Below are positions 18,652 through 27,396 of a stretch of 64,000 nt of DNA, one piece after another (position 1 is the first letter of the stretch; each line of letters opens with the position of its first letter). This DNA is from an uncultured Pelagibacteraceae bacterium (GTDB lineage: Bacteria > Pseudomonadota > Alphaproteobacteria > Pelagibacterales > Pelagibacteraceae), in contig CACDUV010000001.1 in NCBI GenBank assembly GCA_902556065.1, positions 30,534 through 94,533 of the forward strand, written 5' to 3'. The notes beneath the pieces were generated by a model. It was not told the DNA's origin. It did no database searches and was given only the letters and a program-made list of their open reading frames with translations. A program made the position numbers and the translations under genes.

Positions 18652-19380
18652 ATGAATTTTTCATTGGAAATAGGACCTAAAACAGAGATTGATACTGTTC
18701 CAGCATTATCCGACATTTATATTACAATGCTACCTGGAGGAGATTACAAGGAAACAGCTGACAAGGCTGTAGAGCTTGTAAAAAAAGGTTTTAATCCTGT
18801 ACCACATTTTCCTGCTAGATCAATGCATGATGAAAAGGAACTTAAAGATTATGTTTCACGGTGCAAAGATGGAGGAGTTAAACAAGCTTTAATTATAGGG
18901 GGAGGAAGAGAGCCTCTTGGAATATTTGATAGTTCGTTTCAACTTTTAGAAACAGGTTATTTTGAAAAAATGAAAATTGGAATAGCTGGACATCCTGAAG
19001 GGAGTCCTGATATATCCGACACAGAATTAGAAAAAGCAATGATAGATAAAAAGCCTTACGCTGATTATATAGTAACTCAATGGTTACTTGATCCTCAGCC
19101 TATTATTGATTTCATTTCTAAGCAAAGCGTACCAGTGCATGTTGGAATCACTGGGCCTTTAAAAATATCTAGCTTGATTAAATTTGCTAATATTGTTGGG
19201 GCAAAAAATTCCTTAAACTTTCTTAAATCTAATTTTAGTAAGGCGTTAGATTTATTGAAACCTAAAGACCCTAATGATTTAATTGGGAAAGTTAAATCGC
19301 ACACTGATAACTTCCACATTTATACATTCGGCGGCTTGAAGGAAACTAACAAGTGGTTGAGGGAGAATAGTTATGTCTAA
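18652..19380 (+). CDS. metF: Short methylenetetrahydrofolate reductase (MetF-like, demethylase-associated type)
   Basis: FSLE, PVPHFPAR, AGHPEG.P, IVTQW, HIYTFGG; 242 aa; overlaps the downstream GcvT-family gene. Confidence 0.8.
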   Translation: MNFSLEIGPKTEIDTVPALSDIYITMLPGGDYKETADKAVELVKKGFNPVPHFPARSMHDEKELKDYVSRCKDGGVKQALIIGGGREPLGIFDSSFQLLETGYFEKMKIGIAGHPEGSPDISDTELEKAMIDKKPYADYIVTQWLLDPQPIIDFISKQSVPVHVGITGPLKISSLIKFANIVGAKNSLNFLKSNFSKALDLLKPKDPNDLIGKVKSHTDNFHIYTFGGLKETNKWLRENSYV

Positions 19381-20731
19381 TGAATTTGACTATACTAAAT
19401 TAAAACATGTTACTTCTGTTGATCAGTCAGATAGAGAAGTACCATACAATTTAAGACAAAGTGGGCCAACAAAAGTTGAAATGTTAATTTCAACAAGGGT
19501 AAGAAAATCACCTTATTGGCATTTATCAATGCAGGCTGGTTGTTGGAGAGCAACTGTATACAATCGTATTTATCACCCAAGAGGTTATGTAAAACCTGAA
19601 GATGGTGGAGCTATGGTTGAATACGATGCTATCGTAAACCATGTAACAATGTGGAACGTTGCTGTTGAAAGACAAATAAGAGTTAAGGGTCCAGATGCAG
19701 AAAAATTTACTGACTATGTAATTACAAGAGATGCAACTAAAATTTCACCAATGAGAGCAAGATATGTAATTCTATGTAATGCATACGGTGGAGTTTTAAA
19801 TGATCCAATTCTTTTAAGAATATCTGAAGATGAATTTTGGTTTTCGTTATCAGATTCTGATATCGGAATGTATCTTCAAGGTGTAAATGCAGATGGCAGA
19901 TTTGATTGTACAATTGAAGAAATTGATGTGAGTCCAGTTCAAATTCAAGGTCCTAAATCAAAAGCATTAATGAAAGATTTATGTGGAGATCAAGTAGATT
20001 TTGACAACATGCCTTTCTATGGATTAGCTGAGGCTAAAATTGGCGGAAGAGATGTTGTAATTTCACAATCTGGTTTCTCAGGAGAAGCCGGTTATGAAAT
20101 TTATCTAAGAAACTCTACTTTATATGCTGAAGATATGTGGAATGCTGTACTTGAAGCTGGGAAAAAACATAGCTTAATGGTTATTGCTCCTGCTCACCAT
20201 AGAAGAATTCAAGCGGGTATTCTTTCATGGGGACAAGACATGGATCAACAACATAATCCATTCCAATGTAATTTAGGTTATCAAGTTTCTTTATCTGGTA
20301 AAGGAGAATGGAACAAAACCGCTGATTATGTTGGTAAGGCTGCACTAGAAAAAATGAAAGATGAATTAAAAGCAGGAAAAAAACCTTACAAACTTCAATT
20401 AGTTGGTATGGAATTAGGTGGTAAACCTATTGATAATTATGCGCCTGACTTTTGGTTAGTTTCTCCTGAAAGTGGTGGAGATCCAGTAGGATTTTTAACA
20501 TCACCTTGGTGGCATCCTGAAAAGAAAACAAACATTGCAATGGGATATGTTCCTTTCGATGGAACATTAAATTCAAATGGTTTTCCAAAAGGAAAAGTTG
20601 GAACTAAATATAAAGTTCACCTACCAGAAGAATATTCAGATACTTCCGGAACACCAGTTGATGCTGTAGTAGTGGATATTCCATTCAAAGAGTCTTTCAA
20701 CGCTAACACGAGAGAAGTTGTAAAAGGCTAA
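19373..20731 (+). CDS. GcvT-family THF-dependent aminomethyltransferase/demethylase (DmdA paralog)
   Basis: STRVRKSPY, TVYNR, W.VAVERQ..VKGPDA, NDPILLR, SGFSGEAGYEIY, RRIQAGILSWG.D. Confidence 0.85.
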   Translation: MSNEFDYTKLKHVTSVDQSDREVPYNLRQSGPTKVEMLISTRVRKSPYWHLSMQAGCWRATVYNRIYHPRGYVKPEDGGAMVEYDAIVNHVTMWNVAVERQIRVKGPDAEKFTDYVITRDATKISPMRARYVILCNAYGGVLNDPILLRISEDEFWFSLSDSDIGMYLQGVNADGRFDCTIEEIDVSPVQIQGPKSKALMKDLCGDQVDFDNMPFYGLAEAKIGGRDVVISQSGFSGEAGYEIYLRNSTLYAEDMWNAVLEAGKKHSLMVIAPAHHRRIQAGILSWGQDMDQQHNPFQCNLGYQVSLSGKGEWNKTADYVGKAALEKMKDELKAGKKPYKLQLVGMELGGKPIDNYAPDFWLVSPESGGDPVGFLTSPWWHPEKKTNIAMGYVPFDGTLNSNGFPKGKVGTKYKVHLPEEYSDTSGTPVDAVVVDIPFKESFNANTREVVKG

Positions 20732-20740
20732 ATTTATTTA

Positions 20741-20763
20741 GGGGGAGTTATTTAAACTCCCCC
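20741..20763 (+). terminator. GC-rich stem-loop after the demethylase gene
   Basis: GGGGGAGTT-attta-AACTCCCCC. Confidence 0.7.
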
Positions 20764-20771
20764 AAAATTTA

Positions 20772-20882
20772 ATGACAAAAGGGTTTTTAATCGCAGTTTG
20801 CATTATCATTGCGATTGCTTTAATAGTATTTCCATTAATTGTTTCATATAAAGCTCAAAAAAATAAAAGAGATAAAAATTAA
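20772..20882 (+). CDS. Unannotated 36-aa single-TM membrane peptide
   Basis: Manual translation MTKGFLIAVCIIIAIALIVFPLIVSYKAQKNKRDKN*; its TAA overlaps the next ATG (TAATG). Confidence 0.65.
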   Translation: MTKGFLIAVCIIIAIALIVFPLIVSYKAQKNKRDKN

Positions 20883-21427
20883 TGTTTGGTGAATTTTTAA
20901 ATATAGTTTTCAAATCAATAAAATTAGATAAGACACTTTATTCTGATAACAAAAATTTTGGTGAAGCTTCAATATATTTTGCAGGCTTAATAATGATTTT
21001 AGATGGAGTTGCTGGTGCAGTAGCAGCTAACACTATCATTAAAACTGCAATAGGAATGTCAGGTTTAACAGCAATAGTTACTTGGTTAATATGGGCTATC
21101 TTCATTTTTGTTATAGGTGTTAAACTTTTTCCAGACAAACAAACTAAAGTTTCATTTAAAAAAGTTCTAACTGCAGTTGGCTTTGCCCATGCTCCTGGTT
21201 TATTACGATTTTTTGCAGTAACTCCAGATTTAATGATACCTATAATTTTTCTTACTCAATTTTGGATTTTTGCAGGTTTAATCATTTCAACAAAAGAAAT
21301 TTTAAATTTAAAATCTAATTTTAAATCTTTTGGTATAGTCTTACTATCTTTTTTAATAATAGCTTTTTTATCAATTTCATTTGTAATGAGCAGAATGAAT
21401 ATGCTTCCAGTCAATCAGATTAGCTAG
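20882..21427 (+). CDS. YIP1-family membrane protein
   Basis: About 5 TM segments; F..VL.A.GFA.APG.L pattern typical of bacterial Yip1 domains. Confidence 0.7.
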   Translation: MFGEFLNIVFKSIKLDKTLYSDNKNFGEASIYFAGLIMILDGVAGAVAANTIIKTAIGMSGLTAIVTWLIWAIFIFVIGVKLFPDKQTKVSFKKVLTAVGFAHAPGLLRFFAVTPDLMIPIIFLTQFWIFAGLIISTKEILNLKSNFKSFGIVLLSFLIIAFLSISFVMSRMNMLPVNQIS

Positions 21428-21591
21428 ATTGGAAAAATAGTTTTAGAAACTCTACAAGATTTACAAATTTTAAAGCCAGTTAAAATTAAATTTTGAGATA
21501 CACTCTCATCTTCATCTTTACATTCATCACAAATATTATTTAAATCTTCATTATTTTCTTGATCCTGAATTTCATCAAAATTGTCAGTCAT
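21424..21591 (-). CDS. Unannotated 55-aa acidic CxxC-x18-CxxC (zinc-ribbon-like) protein
   Basis: Manual translation MTDNFDEIQDQENNEDLNNICDECKDEDESVSQNLILTGFKICKSCRVSKTIFPI*; start overlaps the DUF3726 stop; fills the gap exactly. Confidence 0.75.
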   Translation of the reverse strand: MTDNFDEIQDQENNEDLNNICDECKDEDESVSQNLILTGFKICKSCRVSKTIFPI

Positions 21592-22195
21592 TATCTGTTA
21601 AGCCGGCGCCTGCTCCACCTTGTTTTAGACTGTCTGATTCTTCAACAAAAGTATCTTCAGACAATTTGTATAAATTCTTCCACTCTTCTTCAGAAAAGCT
21701 ATCAATATTCTTTAAAAAATTAATTTCTAAATGATTTGCGATAGACGGAAAGTCGTTATTAGCAATGTTAGAATAGATATTTAAATTAAAATTTAAAATA
21801 ATTTCTTTTTTATCAAGATTTATCTGTATTTTTTTTCCAATAATTTCTGATGTTCTGCTTAAAAAAGCTAAAAATATTGATGGGTAAGCAACGTTATTTA
21901 GTTCAATTTTTTTTAAGAGTTCTAAAGAATTTGATTGGTCTAAAAAACTAACTCCGAGAATAATTGGACAATAAGGTTTTGCTGAAGGTGGATTTCTTTC
22001 TGATATTAGATTTAAATTTTGAAAACTATTTTCTTTCCTTTCAGAAAAATAATTATTTATGTGTTTAATTCCTGGAAGACCAAAGGACTCCAAAAGTCTT
22101 ACACACTTTGCAGTTTCTTCAGCAACCCCCCATGAATATCCACTTGCTTTTGTCGCTCTTTTAACGGTAGTTTCAATTTCACTAAATGATTTCAT
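21584..22195 (-). CDS. DUF3726 domain protein
   Basis: S..EI....KRA....G.SWG.AEE N-terminus and ES....GAGAGLTDND C-terminus. Confidence 0.8.
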   Translation of the reverse strand: MKSFSEIETTVKRATKASGYSWGVAEETAKCVRLLESFGLPGIKHINNYFSERKENSFQNLNLISERNPPSAKPYCPIILGVSFLDQSNSLELLKKIELNNVAYPSIFLAFLSRTSEIIGKKIQINLDKKEIILNFNLNIYSNIANNDFPSIANHLEINFLKNIDSFSEEEWKNLYKLSEDTFVEESDSLKQGGAGAGLTDND

Positions 22196-22197
22196 AA

Positions 22198-23859
22198 TTA
22201 AATATTAGATTTATAAACCCACTGCTCATCATAATTCTTTAATTCATGAGGTAGTGGCGCTCCTTGAAACATACAAATTCTTAACCATTTGTCAGACCTC
22301 GGATCAAATTTCAAAGCTCCAAAAAAAGACAGCTTTAACCTCAACATATCAATAGGCATTATATTTTTACCAATTGTATTATCTTGTATCTCTGAATAAG
22401 GAAATTTTTCAACTACAAAAACTCTTCTTACAACATGTCTTAACTCTGAATTTTTTATTAAAAAGTCAGAGACAGTTTGGCTATTTTTAGAAACCATTAG
22501 TATTTCATAAAGTTTTTTTATGTCTCTTGCTATAGCTAAAGGTTGTTCTAATTCTGAACCATGTTCTTCAAATCTATCAGCTAATCTTGGCTCTTCTTTA
22601 TTTTTTGAAATAAACCAAAAATTTTGATTATTTTCTTTTTTTTCAAAATTTATTTCTAAAATATTTGGGTATTTTTTCTCAATTATATTTCTTAAATCTT
22701 CAACAGTTCTATGAGCTGGTATATTAAAATATTTTTCTTCATCAGAGCTCATTTCTTTTACTAAAGGTTCAGTTATTTCACTATATGGTTCCATCATAAT
22801 GGATACTACATACTCAATACATTCTTCACATGTTTCTTGCTCTAGCCACTCATAAATACCATTGAAGGAATACTCTGTTGTAAAATCAAACTCATTCTCA
22901 ATAAATTTTAAAAATTTTTGAATATCTTTCAGTAAATTATTAATTTTATTTTTTTGATATTCACTATCAGTGTTCCAGCTTGTGATATTTGTTAATGATT
23001 TTTTTACACAATCAACAAACAGTGCACTATCATTTTTTTTAACATCTTTAATTTCTCTAATTTTCTTTAAAGCTATTTCTCTACTTAAGATCCAGTTATT
23101 TAAAAGAGTTGGATGATTAACAATAAAAGGAGCCATTCCTAATCCAGTAGAGTTTCCAATACCTAGATTTTTTGAGATTTGCTCATCCAACTTGACTGCC
23201 TTTTTGGGGTTCTTGTGATAAGCAACATGATTTACTTGGTCAAAAGTAAACTGTCTTACAAGATAAACTAACATCATTTCTAATCTAAAAGGTCCGTTAA
23301 TTTCTTCACGATTTTTAATTCTAAATCTATCTGCTAAACCAAATTTTCCAGATCCATAAACTGCTGTAGTTCTGTATAAATATCCAACTTTTGACAATAA
23401 ATTTAAATCAGGTTGTAATCCTTTACTTAAATTATCAGTTACATGATTGAATAATCTTACTGATTTATTTGCTCTTGATAATGTGAGTTCTTTATAAGAA
23501 AGTCTTCCAACTTCTTGCCTAGGAACTTCATTTTTCAATCTTTCAATATCTTTTTTACTAGGTACTCCATCATGAAGTGTAAAAGCTGCATCCCACTTTG
23601 TAGCTATAACCCTGTCTGATCTTTCTTCATCTTTGATGTGATTTGCAAAACAAACTAATGAATAAACTCTTTTATCTTTTTTGAATGAATATACTGCCTC
23701 ACCATAACCATTTTCATCTAAATTAAACAAATCTTGTTTATATTCCCAATCCTTAAATTCATTCAAAAAACTTCTTAAAAAAGATAATTTAGATTGATGA
23801 AACGATCCCAAACGAGATAGTTTCATAATAGTATTTGGGTCTCTTAATTCTACCAGCAT
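22198..23859 (-). CDS. Conserved hypothetical protein (553 aa)
   Basis: Long ORF with conserved-looking motifs RSDRVIA..WD, YL.RTTAVYGSGKFG, GIGNSTGLGMAPF..NHP, KEEPRL, KFDPRSD.W.RI; no family recognised. Confidence 0.85.
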   Translation of the reverse strand: MLVELRDPNTIMKLSRLGSFHQSKLSFLRSFLNEFKDWEYKQDLFNLDENGYGEAVYSFKKDKRVYSLVCFANHIKDEERSDRVIATKWDAAFTLHDGVPSKKDIERLKNEVPRQEVGRLSYKELTLSRANKSVRLFNHVTDNLSKGLQPDLNLLSKVGYLYRTTAVYGSGKFGLADRFRIKNREEINGPFRLEMMLVYLVRQFTFDQVNHVAYHKNPKKAVKLDEQISKNLGIGNSTGLGMAPFIVNHPTLLNNWILSREIALKKIREIKDVKKNDSALFVDCVKKSLTNITSWNTDSEYQKNKINNLLKDIQKFLKFIENEFDFTTEYSFNGIYEWLEQETCEECIEYVVSIMMEPYSEITEPLVKEMSSDEEKYFNIPAHRTVEDLRNIIEKKYPNILEINFEKKENNQNFWFISKNKEEPRLADRFEEHGSELEQPLAIARDIKKLYEILMVSKNSQTVSDFLIKNSELRHVVRRVFVVEKFPYSEIQDNTIGKNIMPIDMLRLKLSFFGALKFDPRSDKWLRICMFQGAPLPHELKNYDEQWVYKSNI

Positions 23860-23862
23860 AAT

Positions 23863-24834
23863 TTAAATTGATTTATAAAAATTGTACCAATTATTTCCAA
23901 GTATTCCATGTGTCTCATCTCCTGAAAATCCAATCTTTTTAAGGCCTTTTTCTATATTTGAAAATCCTCTTGCGTCCTCGAACCAATCAGGCTGTTTTGG
24001 AAAACCAGGTTTATTTTTTGATCCCTCTCCATAATTTTTAGTTTTAGTCCAAGTACCATTTCTCATCCATTCAACTACGCTGTCGGGTTGATCAAGACAA
24101 AGATCTGATCCTATACCAATTTTACTAGCATCCATAATTTCTGCAGTCTTCGCGACCATTTCACAAAAACTATCAAGACTACAATTGGTATTTTCTCTCA
24201 AGTGATGTGGATACAAAGATAAACCCAACATTCCTCCACTATCACTTAACATTTTAAGTAAATCTGAGGACTTGTTTCTTTTTGCAGCATGCCAAAAAGA
24301 AGGGTTTGCATGTGTGATTGCAATTGGTTTTTCACTTATTTCTATTGCATCCATCGTACTTTTTTCTGCAGAATGAGACATGTCAACAACGATACCTACT
24401 CTATTCATTTCTTTTATTGCTTCTCTTCCAAAATTAGTCACTCCACTATCAATTTTTTCATAGCAACCGGTAGCAAGAAGAGATTGATTGTTGTAAGTAA
24501 GCTGCATAAATCTACATCCAAGTTCATGAACTTTTTCGACCAGACCTATGTCATCCTCAATGGGTGAGCAATTTTGAAAACCAAAAAAAATTGCCGTTTT
24601 ACTTTCATTCTTTGCTTTATCGATATCCTTAAAATCTTTTCCTAGAAAGATAATATCAGAATTTTCTTCAAAAATTTTTTCCCACTTATTTAATTCTACT
24701 AATAGCTCATTATAATCTTCATGGTAAACTATAGTAACATGAACTGCATCTAAGCCTGCGGCTCTATTAATTTCAAAAATTTTTCTAGACCAATTACAAT
24801 ATTGCAAATTATCTATTTTAAAATTCATAACCAT
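23863..24834 (-). CDS. Membrane dipeptidase (M19) family amidohydrolase with atypical metal site
   Basis: QLTYN, D.GVT.FG, DMSH, THAN, RNK, GIGSD, LG.NW; the N-terminal HxD appears as LQY. Confidence 0.85.
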   Translation of the reverse strand: MVMNFKIDNLQYCNWSRKIFEINRAAGLDAVHVTIVYHEDYNELLVELNKWEKIFEENSDIIFLGKDFKDIDKAKNESKTAIFFGFQNCSPIEDDIGLVEKVHELGCRFMQLTYNNQSLLATGCYEKIDSGVTNFGREAIKEMNRVGIVVDMSHSAEKSTMDAIEISEKPIAITHANPSFWHAAKRNKSSDLLKMLSDSGGMLGLSLYPHHLRENTNCSLDSFCEMVAKTAEIMDASKIGIGSDLCLDQPDSVVEWMRNGTWTKTKNYGEGSKNKPGFPKQPDWFEDARGFSNIEKGLKKIGFSGDETHGILGNNWYNFYKSI

Positions 24835-24919
24835 TTGAGATTAATCAATCTAAATTTAAATACTATTAATTTTATTGAAATTTTTGATGAATTTTGAAAT
24901 AAACACTAGATCGTTTTTC

Positions 24920-25411
24920 ATGAAAAAAAATACTAATAAAAAAGTTTCAATAGTTATGGGTAGTCAATCTGACTACAAAACTATGCGATTAGCAGAAAAA
25001 ACTCTAAAACAATTGGGTATTTCTTTTGAAACTAAAATTGTTTCAGCTCACCGTACACCAAAAAGAATGTATGATTTTGCATTGAAGGCAGAAAAAAACA
25101 ACATTGGGGTCATTATTGCTGGGGCTGGCGGATCAGCACATTTACCGGGGATGATTTCTGCATTAACTCAAATTCCAGTTTTAGGGGTGCCTATTGAAAG
25201 CAAAAAACTAAAAGGTTTAGATAGTTTACTTTCGATAGCTCAAATGCCAAAAGGTATACCTGTTGGAACTGTAGCAATTGGAGAGGATGGTGCAATTAAT
25301 GCAGCACTACTTGCAGCTGAAATAATGGCAATTACTAATTCATCGATCAAAAATAGTTTAAAAAATTGGAGATCAAAGCAAACTAAATCTGTTAAAAGAG
25401 CTCCAAAATAA
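24920..25411 (+). CDS. purE: N5-carboxyaminoimidazole ribonucleotide mutase
   Basis: MGSQSD, VSAHRTP, IAGAGGSAHLPGM, GLDSLLSIAQMP.GIPV; start placed at ATG 24920. Confidence 0.97.
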   Translation: MKKNTNKKVSIVMGSQSDYKTMRLAEKTLKQLGISFETKIVSAHRTPKRMYDFALKAEKNNIGVIIAGAGGSAHLPGMISALTQIPVLGVPIESKKLKGLDSLLSIAQMPKGIPVGTVAIGEDGAINAALLAAEIMAITNSSIKNSLKNWRSKQTKSVKRAPK

Positions 25412-25413
25412 AA

Positions 25414-26460
25414 ATGTCGAATATTACTCTTGGAATTATTGGAGGCGGCCAATTGGGAAGTATGCTTGCAATTGCTGCAAAAAAATTAGGGATAAAGATA
25501 ATAATTTTTTGTGATGATTTAGAAGCACCGGCTCAGAATTTTTGTGATGAATTTATTGGAGCAGAATACGATGATAAAGAAAAAATTAATGAATTTGTAA
25601 ACAAGGTTGATATTGTAACTTATGAATTTGAAAATATCCCTTATGAAACTTTAAATGATATCAATAAACTAAAACCAGTTTTACCTAAACCTTCAGTTAA
25701 TAGATTGATTCAACATCGACTAGCAGAAAAAGATTTTGTAAATAAATTAAATATAAGAACCACTAGATATGTTTCTGTTGAAAACCAATCTGATATTGAT
25801 GTCCTTGAAGATTTTTTACCAGGTATAATAAAAACAACTACATTAGGTTACGATGGAAAAGGACAGCACCCTGTTTCATCACCTGAAGAATTAAAAAATC
25901 TTAAATTAGATTTATCAAGAGGATATATTTTAGAAAAATTAGTAAAACTTAAAAAAGAGATATCTATTGTTATAACTAGGTTTAGTAATAACAAATACGA
26001 AATTTATGAACCTATAGAAAATACCCATGAAGATCAGATCTTAAAACATTCCAAGATACCTGCAGACATAAATGAAAAAATATTTGATCAATCTAAAGAT
26101 TGGTCAATTCTTATTGCTGAAGAACTTAAGTATGTGGGTACTCTATGTGTAGAATTTTTTATAGATAGAAATGATAATCTTTATGTAAATGAAATTGCTC
26201 CAAGAGTTCATAATTCTGGTCATTTAACAATTAATGCTTTTAATGTAAGTCAATTTGAAAATCACATAAGAGCTGTTTGTGGACTTGAACAGATACCTTT
26301 AAAAAAATTATCAAATGCAAAAATGATAAATCTGTTAGGTGATCAAATATCTCAGTACAGAAATTCTACAAAACTTAAAGATAATGAATTCTTTTTTGAT
26401 TACTTAAAAAAAGAAATTAAAGATAAAAGAAAAATGGGCCATATCACTATTCTGGAATAA
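25414..26460 (+). CDS. purK: N5-carboxyaminoimidazole ribonucleotide synthase
   Basis: GIIGGGQLG, TYEFEN, GYDGKGQ, NEIAPRVHNSGH, SQFENH.RA, RKMGH. Confidence 0.97.
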   Translation: MSNITLGIIGGGQLGSMLAIAAKKLGIKIIIFCDDLEAPAQNFCDEFIGAEYDDKEKINEFVNKVDIVTYEFENIPYETLNDINKLKPVLPKPSVNRLIQHRLAEKDFVNKLNIRTTRYVSVENQSDIDVLEDFLPGIIKTTTLGYDGKGQHPVSSPEELKNLKLDLSRGYILEKLVKLKKEISIVITRFSNNKYEIYEPIENTHEDQILKHSKIPADINEKIFDQSKDWSILIAEELKYVGTLCVEFFIDRNDNLYVNEIAPRVHNSGHLTINAFNVSQFENHIRAVCGLEQIPLKKLSNAKMINLLGDQISQYRNSTKLKDNEFFFDYLKKEIKDKRKMGHITILE

Positions 26461-26461
26461 A

Positions 26462-26929
26462 ATGTTAAAATCAATTGAGGGAAATTTCGATGATTTAGAA
26501 GTTCACAAACTTTTAACTAAGCATTTTATTGAACTAAGAGCTGCCTCACCAGAGGGAAGTGCTCATGTTTTGGATATTCGAGGTCTTAAGGTTCCGTCTA
26601 TTAAATTCTGGAGCTTATATAATAATGATCAATTAATGGGATGTGGTGCACTAAAATTTTTAGAAAAAGAACACGGAGAATTTAAATCAATAAGAATTCA
26701 TGATAATTTTAGAAAAAAAGGCCACGGTGTAACTGTAATCAATCATCTGATAAGTGAAGCAAAAAAATTAGATATTAAAAGATTAAGTATTGAAACTGGT
26801 GCTGGAGAATTTTTTATTCCAGCTAGAAAACTCTTTAAATCGTGTGGTTTTGAACCTTGTGAACCATTTGCTCATTATAAAGAGGATGTTAATTCTGTTT
26901 ATTTGACTAAATTCATTGCTACAGATTGA
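26462..26929 (+). CDS. GNAT family N-acetyltransferase (YedL/YsnE-like)
   Basis: SP..S.H.LD, GCGALK, GE.KS.R, R.KG.G, SIETG, PFA.Y..D.NS. Confidence 0.88.
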   Translation: MLKSIEGNFDDLEVHKLLTKHFIELRAASPEGSAHVLDIRGLKVPSIKFWSLYNNDQLMGCGALKFLEKEHGEFKSIRIHDNFRKKGHGVTVINHLISEAKKLDIKRLSIETGAGEFFIPARKLFKSCGFEPCEPFAHYKEDVNSVYLTKFIATD

Positions 26930-27052
26930 CAATTAAATTGAATAATTTCGCTATTTTGTTGACAAAACTCTTTAAAATCTAAAGAAAGCGAGAATTACTT
27001 AAATATAAATTTTAAGTAATAATTAATATAACAAAAAGTAAGAAGAAATAAT

Positions 27053-27259
27053 ATGAGTCTAACAGGTAAAGTAAAATGGTTCAATCCAACCAAAGGTTTT
27101 GGTTTTATTGAAAGAGAAGACAAAGAAAAAGATGTGTTTGTACATGTTTCAGCAGTAAGAGATGCTGGTATGAACGGTTTAGATGAGGGTCAAGCTTTGA
27201 CTTTCGATGTTGAAGATGGTCCTAAAGGTCCTTCAGCAGTTAACTTAAAAACTGCATAA
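27053..27259 (+). CDS. cspA: Cold-shock protein (CspA family)
   Basis: [21 protein letters not shown] (RNP1/RNP2), G.KGP.A.N. Confidence 0.97.
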   Translation: MSLTGKVKWFNPTKGFGFIEREDKEKDVFVHVSAVRDAGMNGLDEGQALTFDVEDGPKGPSAVNLKTA

Positions 27260-27274
27260 TTTCACACTTCCTAT

Positions 27275-27319
27275 TGGCTGAATAAATTTTATTTTTTAAT
27301 GAATAATTTTATTCAGCCA
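27275..27319 (+). terminator. Long stem-loop 3' of the csp gene
   Basis: TGGCTGAATAAA (27275-27286) ... TTTATTCAGCCA (27308-27319), 12-bp perfect arms with an AU-rich inner segment. Confidence 0.6.
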
Positions 27320-27396
27320 GTACCAAATCTTATAAAAAACAACTTTTAGTCAAAAAAATTAATTATATAAGTTGTATTTAAAATAAAAAAAAATTT

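Noticed and set aside
19373-20731. Calling this gene dmdA or gcvT
   Set aside because: Longer than DmdA with a different motif context, and no gcvH/gcvP nearby; left as a paralog of unknown substrate
24875-24919. Longer ORF-track starts for purE (also 9103, 11135, 28888, 52708, 58419 for other genes)
   Set aside because: Downstream ATGs fit family N-termini, RBS spacing or stop/start coupling better
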